A stretch of 64,000 nt of DNA, from positions 197,812 to 261,811 of the forward strand of contig JANWLD010000001.1 of assembly GCA_025451045.1 (NCBI GenBank), written 5' to 3'. Below the pieces are notes generated by a model, which did no database searches, was not told where the DNA came from, and worked only from the letters and a program-made list of their open reading frames with translations. A program made the position numbers and the translations under genes. Shown piece by piece: positions 62,843 to 64,000 of the stretch (the first letter of the stretch is position 1; each line of letters begins with the position of its first letter). The DNA is from Candidatus Saccharimonadales bacterium (GTDB lineage: Bacteria > Patescibacteriota > Saccharimonadia > Saccharimonadales > 2-12-FULL-41-12).

Positions 62843-63463
62843 ATGTTAGTAAATGGCGAGGGTGGCGGAGAAAAGATCAGATCACACATACCTAAATGGT
62901 TAAGAAGAACTGATGTGAAGCCTAAAAAACCAGTTTCGGAAGGGAACACTGAAAAGATTACCCAAGCCAATAAAGAATTAATCCAGCATCTTAAGGCTTC
63001 CAAAGGCACAGCTCCGGAACTTTTACTTGGGCAAACTACTGGTAAACTTGCACTAAACTTTCTTGTCGATATGTCATCGCGCGGTATGCCGGGGGCTGAA
63101 GAAATCTCCATAGGCAAGAATGAATACACAAAAGCTTATATGATAGGCGTCACAGAGTTAAGTGGTCTGCGCACGAATACGGACGAAAGAGGAGAATATT
63201 ATACGGTGTTTGGCGCAAAGGTTTATGCGTGTGAAGACGGACAATTACGCGCGCCAGTTAAAGAAAGTTACGAAAACCATGCTTTTGAACCTTTTTCTTT
63301 CCCCTTTGAGCCGGATCTCCATTCTGACGTGGTCCAGGGCGATTTTGCCAGTGGCCGCATAGAAGCAAGTACTGAAAATGGAAAAGAACGGTTCTATCCC
63401 GTGCCATTAGAGGAAATCCTAGGAAGCATAGCCGCTAATCATTTTTCCGAAGGACTTCAATAG
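62843..63463 (+). CDS. hypothetical protein, 206 aa
   Basis: ATG ORF with no TM, signal peptide or recognisable domain. Its stop TAG is immediately followed by the next ATG. Confidence 0.6.
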   Translation: MLVNGEGGGEKIRSHIPKWLRRTDVKPKKPVSEGNTEKITQANKELIQHLKASKGTAPELLLGQTTGKLALNFLVDMSSRGMPGAEEISIGKNEYTKAYMIGVTELSGLRTNTDERGEYYTVFGAKVYACEDGQLRAPVKESYENHAFEPFSFPFEPDLHSDVVQGDFASGRIEASTENGKERFYPVPLEEILGSIAANHFSEGLQ

Positions 63464-64000
63464 ATGAGAAACCCGAAATTCCCAGAACATGGACAAGGGG
63501 AAAGATTAAGCGGCCGATATGTTTTGCCCGTTGAACATGAAAGTAAAGAAGCCGATGAAAAGGCTGCCAAAGAAGCTGATCAAACAAGAAAACTGGACGA
63601 AAGGCAGGCACTAACAGCACAGCGTAATCTTCATAATTTTGCCCAGTTGGAAACCGCCGATTTTCCCGGTACTGTAACTTTAGAATTCAACAAATGGGTA
63701 GATAGCAAAATTATCGGGGCCTTTGCATCTAGATGCATGCGTAAACAGGTTAGAAAAACTCATCATGATACTCGTATCATTAGAATGCATACAGATAAAG
63801 GGTATTTTATTCCGGCTAAACAGGAGATAAAAGAAACTGGTGAAAAAAAAGACTCAGACACTGGCTTTGCTTTGACAACAGAAGGATTGGTCTATCGGGT
63901 AGCACACTGGAGCAAAGACCGAAATTGTGCCGAAATCGATGAAACCGGGCTAATTCCTAATCGAAGGGCATATAAAAATGTTGGGCACAATCTCGCGGAC
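63464..64000 (+). CDS. hypothetical protein, 3'-partial (runs off the window end)
   Basis: I translated from the ATG at 63464 (MRNPKFPEHGQGERLSGRYVLPVEHESKEADEK...). It is 179 codons with no stop up to position 64000. It is absent from the ORF track, presumably because it lacks a stop. Confidence 0.6.
   Translation, partial: MRNPKFPEHGQGERLSGRYVLPVEHESKEADEKAAKEADQTRKLDERQALTAQRNLHNFAQLETADFPGTVTLEFNKWVDSKIIGAFASRCMRKQVRKTHHDTRIIRMHTDKGYFIPAKQEIKETGEKKDSDTGFALTTEGLVYRVAHWSKDRNCAEIDETGLIPNRRAYKNVGHNLAD

Noticed and set aside
1-64000. CRISPR arrays, prophage or integrative elements, and alternative genetic code (UGA recoding)
   Set aside because: I saw no regularly spaced direct repeats and no integrase, transposase, capsid or terminase-like ORFs. 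Long conserved genes are uninterrupted in the standard code, and TGA is used as a functional stop in overlapping junctions (TGATG at 15028, GTGA at 22670 and 39341).

Overview
Gene-dense bacterial chromosome segment read in the standard genetic code (TGA works as a stop in overlaps such as TGATG, ATGA and GTGA). I found about 75 protein genes and 8 dispersed single tRNA genes, each with an encoded CCA. I saw no rRNA, CRISPR array, transposase, integrase or phage genes. The content is mostly housekeeping. It includes tilS-ftsH-murJ-lepA-gmk, a CIRCE/HrcA-controlled hrcA-grpE-dnaK-dnaJ operon, yebC-ruvCAB and a recA...recX cluster. It also includes tsaE-tsaB, rny, gdh, murA, murB, and the folate genes glyA, folC, MTHFS and folA. 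A 9-kb Gram-positive-style type IV pilus cluster lies on the minus strand (pilB-pilC-pilA, two minor pilins, a PilX-like protein, pilM-N-O), with no secretin gene among its products. Small genes, shortened HrcA and TsaB, three Nudix hydrolases, a PRC-barrel protein, an RRM protein and many orphan ORFs between conserved operons suggest a reduced-genome Patescibacteria/CPR organism, possibly Saccharibacteria-like. That taxonomic call is inference from gene content, not a database hit. I did not find one obvious self-contained novel system such as a defense island. The items I consider most worth follow-up are: (1) an XRE-HTH domain fused in-frame to a catalytically intact MurA; (2) a membrane-anchored double-AAA+ Clp/Hsp100-like ATPase, translationally coupled to a small membrane protein and downstream of an orphan OmpR-type regulator; (3) a ~160-nt highly structured RNA with its own near-consensus promoter, transcribed as the leader of tRNA-Lys(UUU); (4) a heat-shock operon carrying two orphan ORFs, a VKOR thiol oxidoreductase and a duplicated CIRCE half-site; (5) a cysteine-rich 453-aa PilX-like putative pilus tip protein; (6) an archaeal-type PEP carboxylase coupled to an aspartate aminotransferase. 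All calls come from reading the sequence and the supplied ORF track and from recalled family signatures. No searches or folding computations were run.
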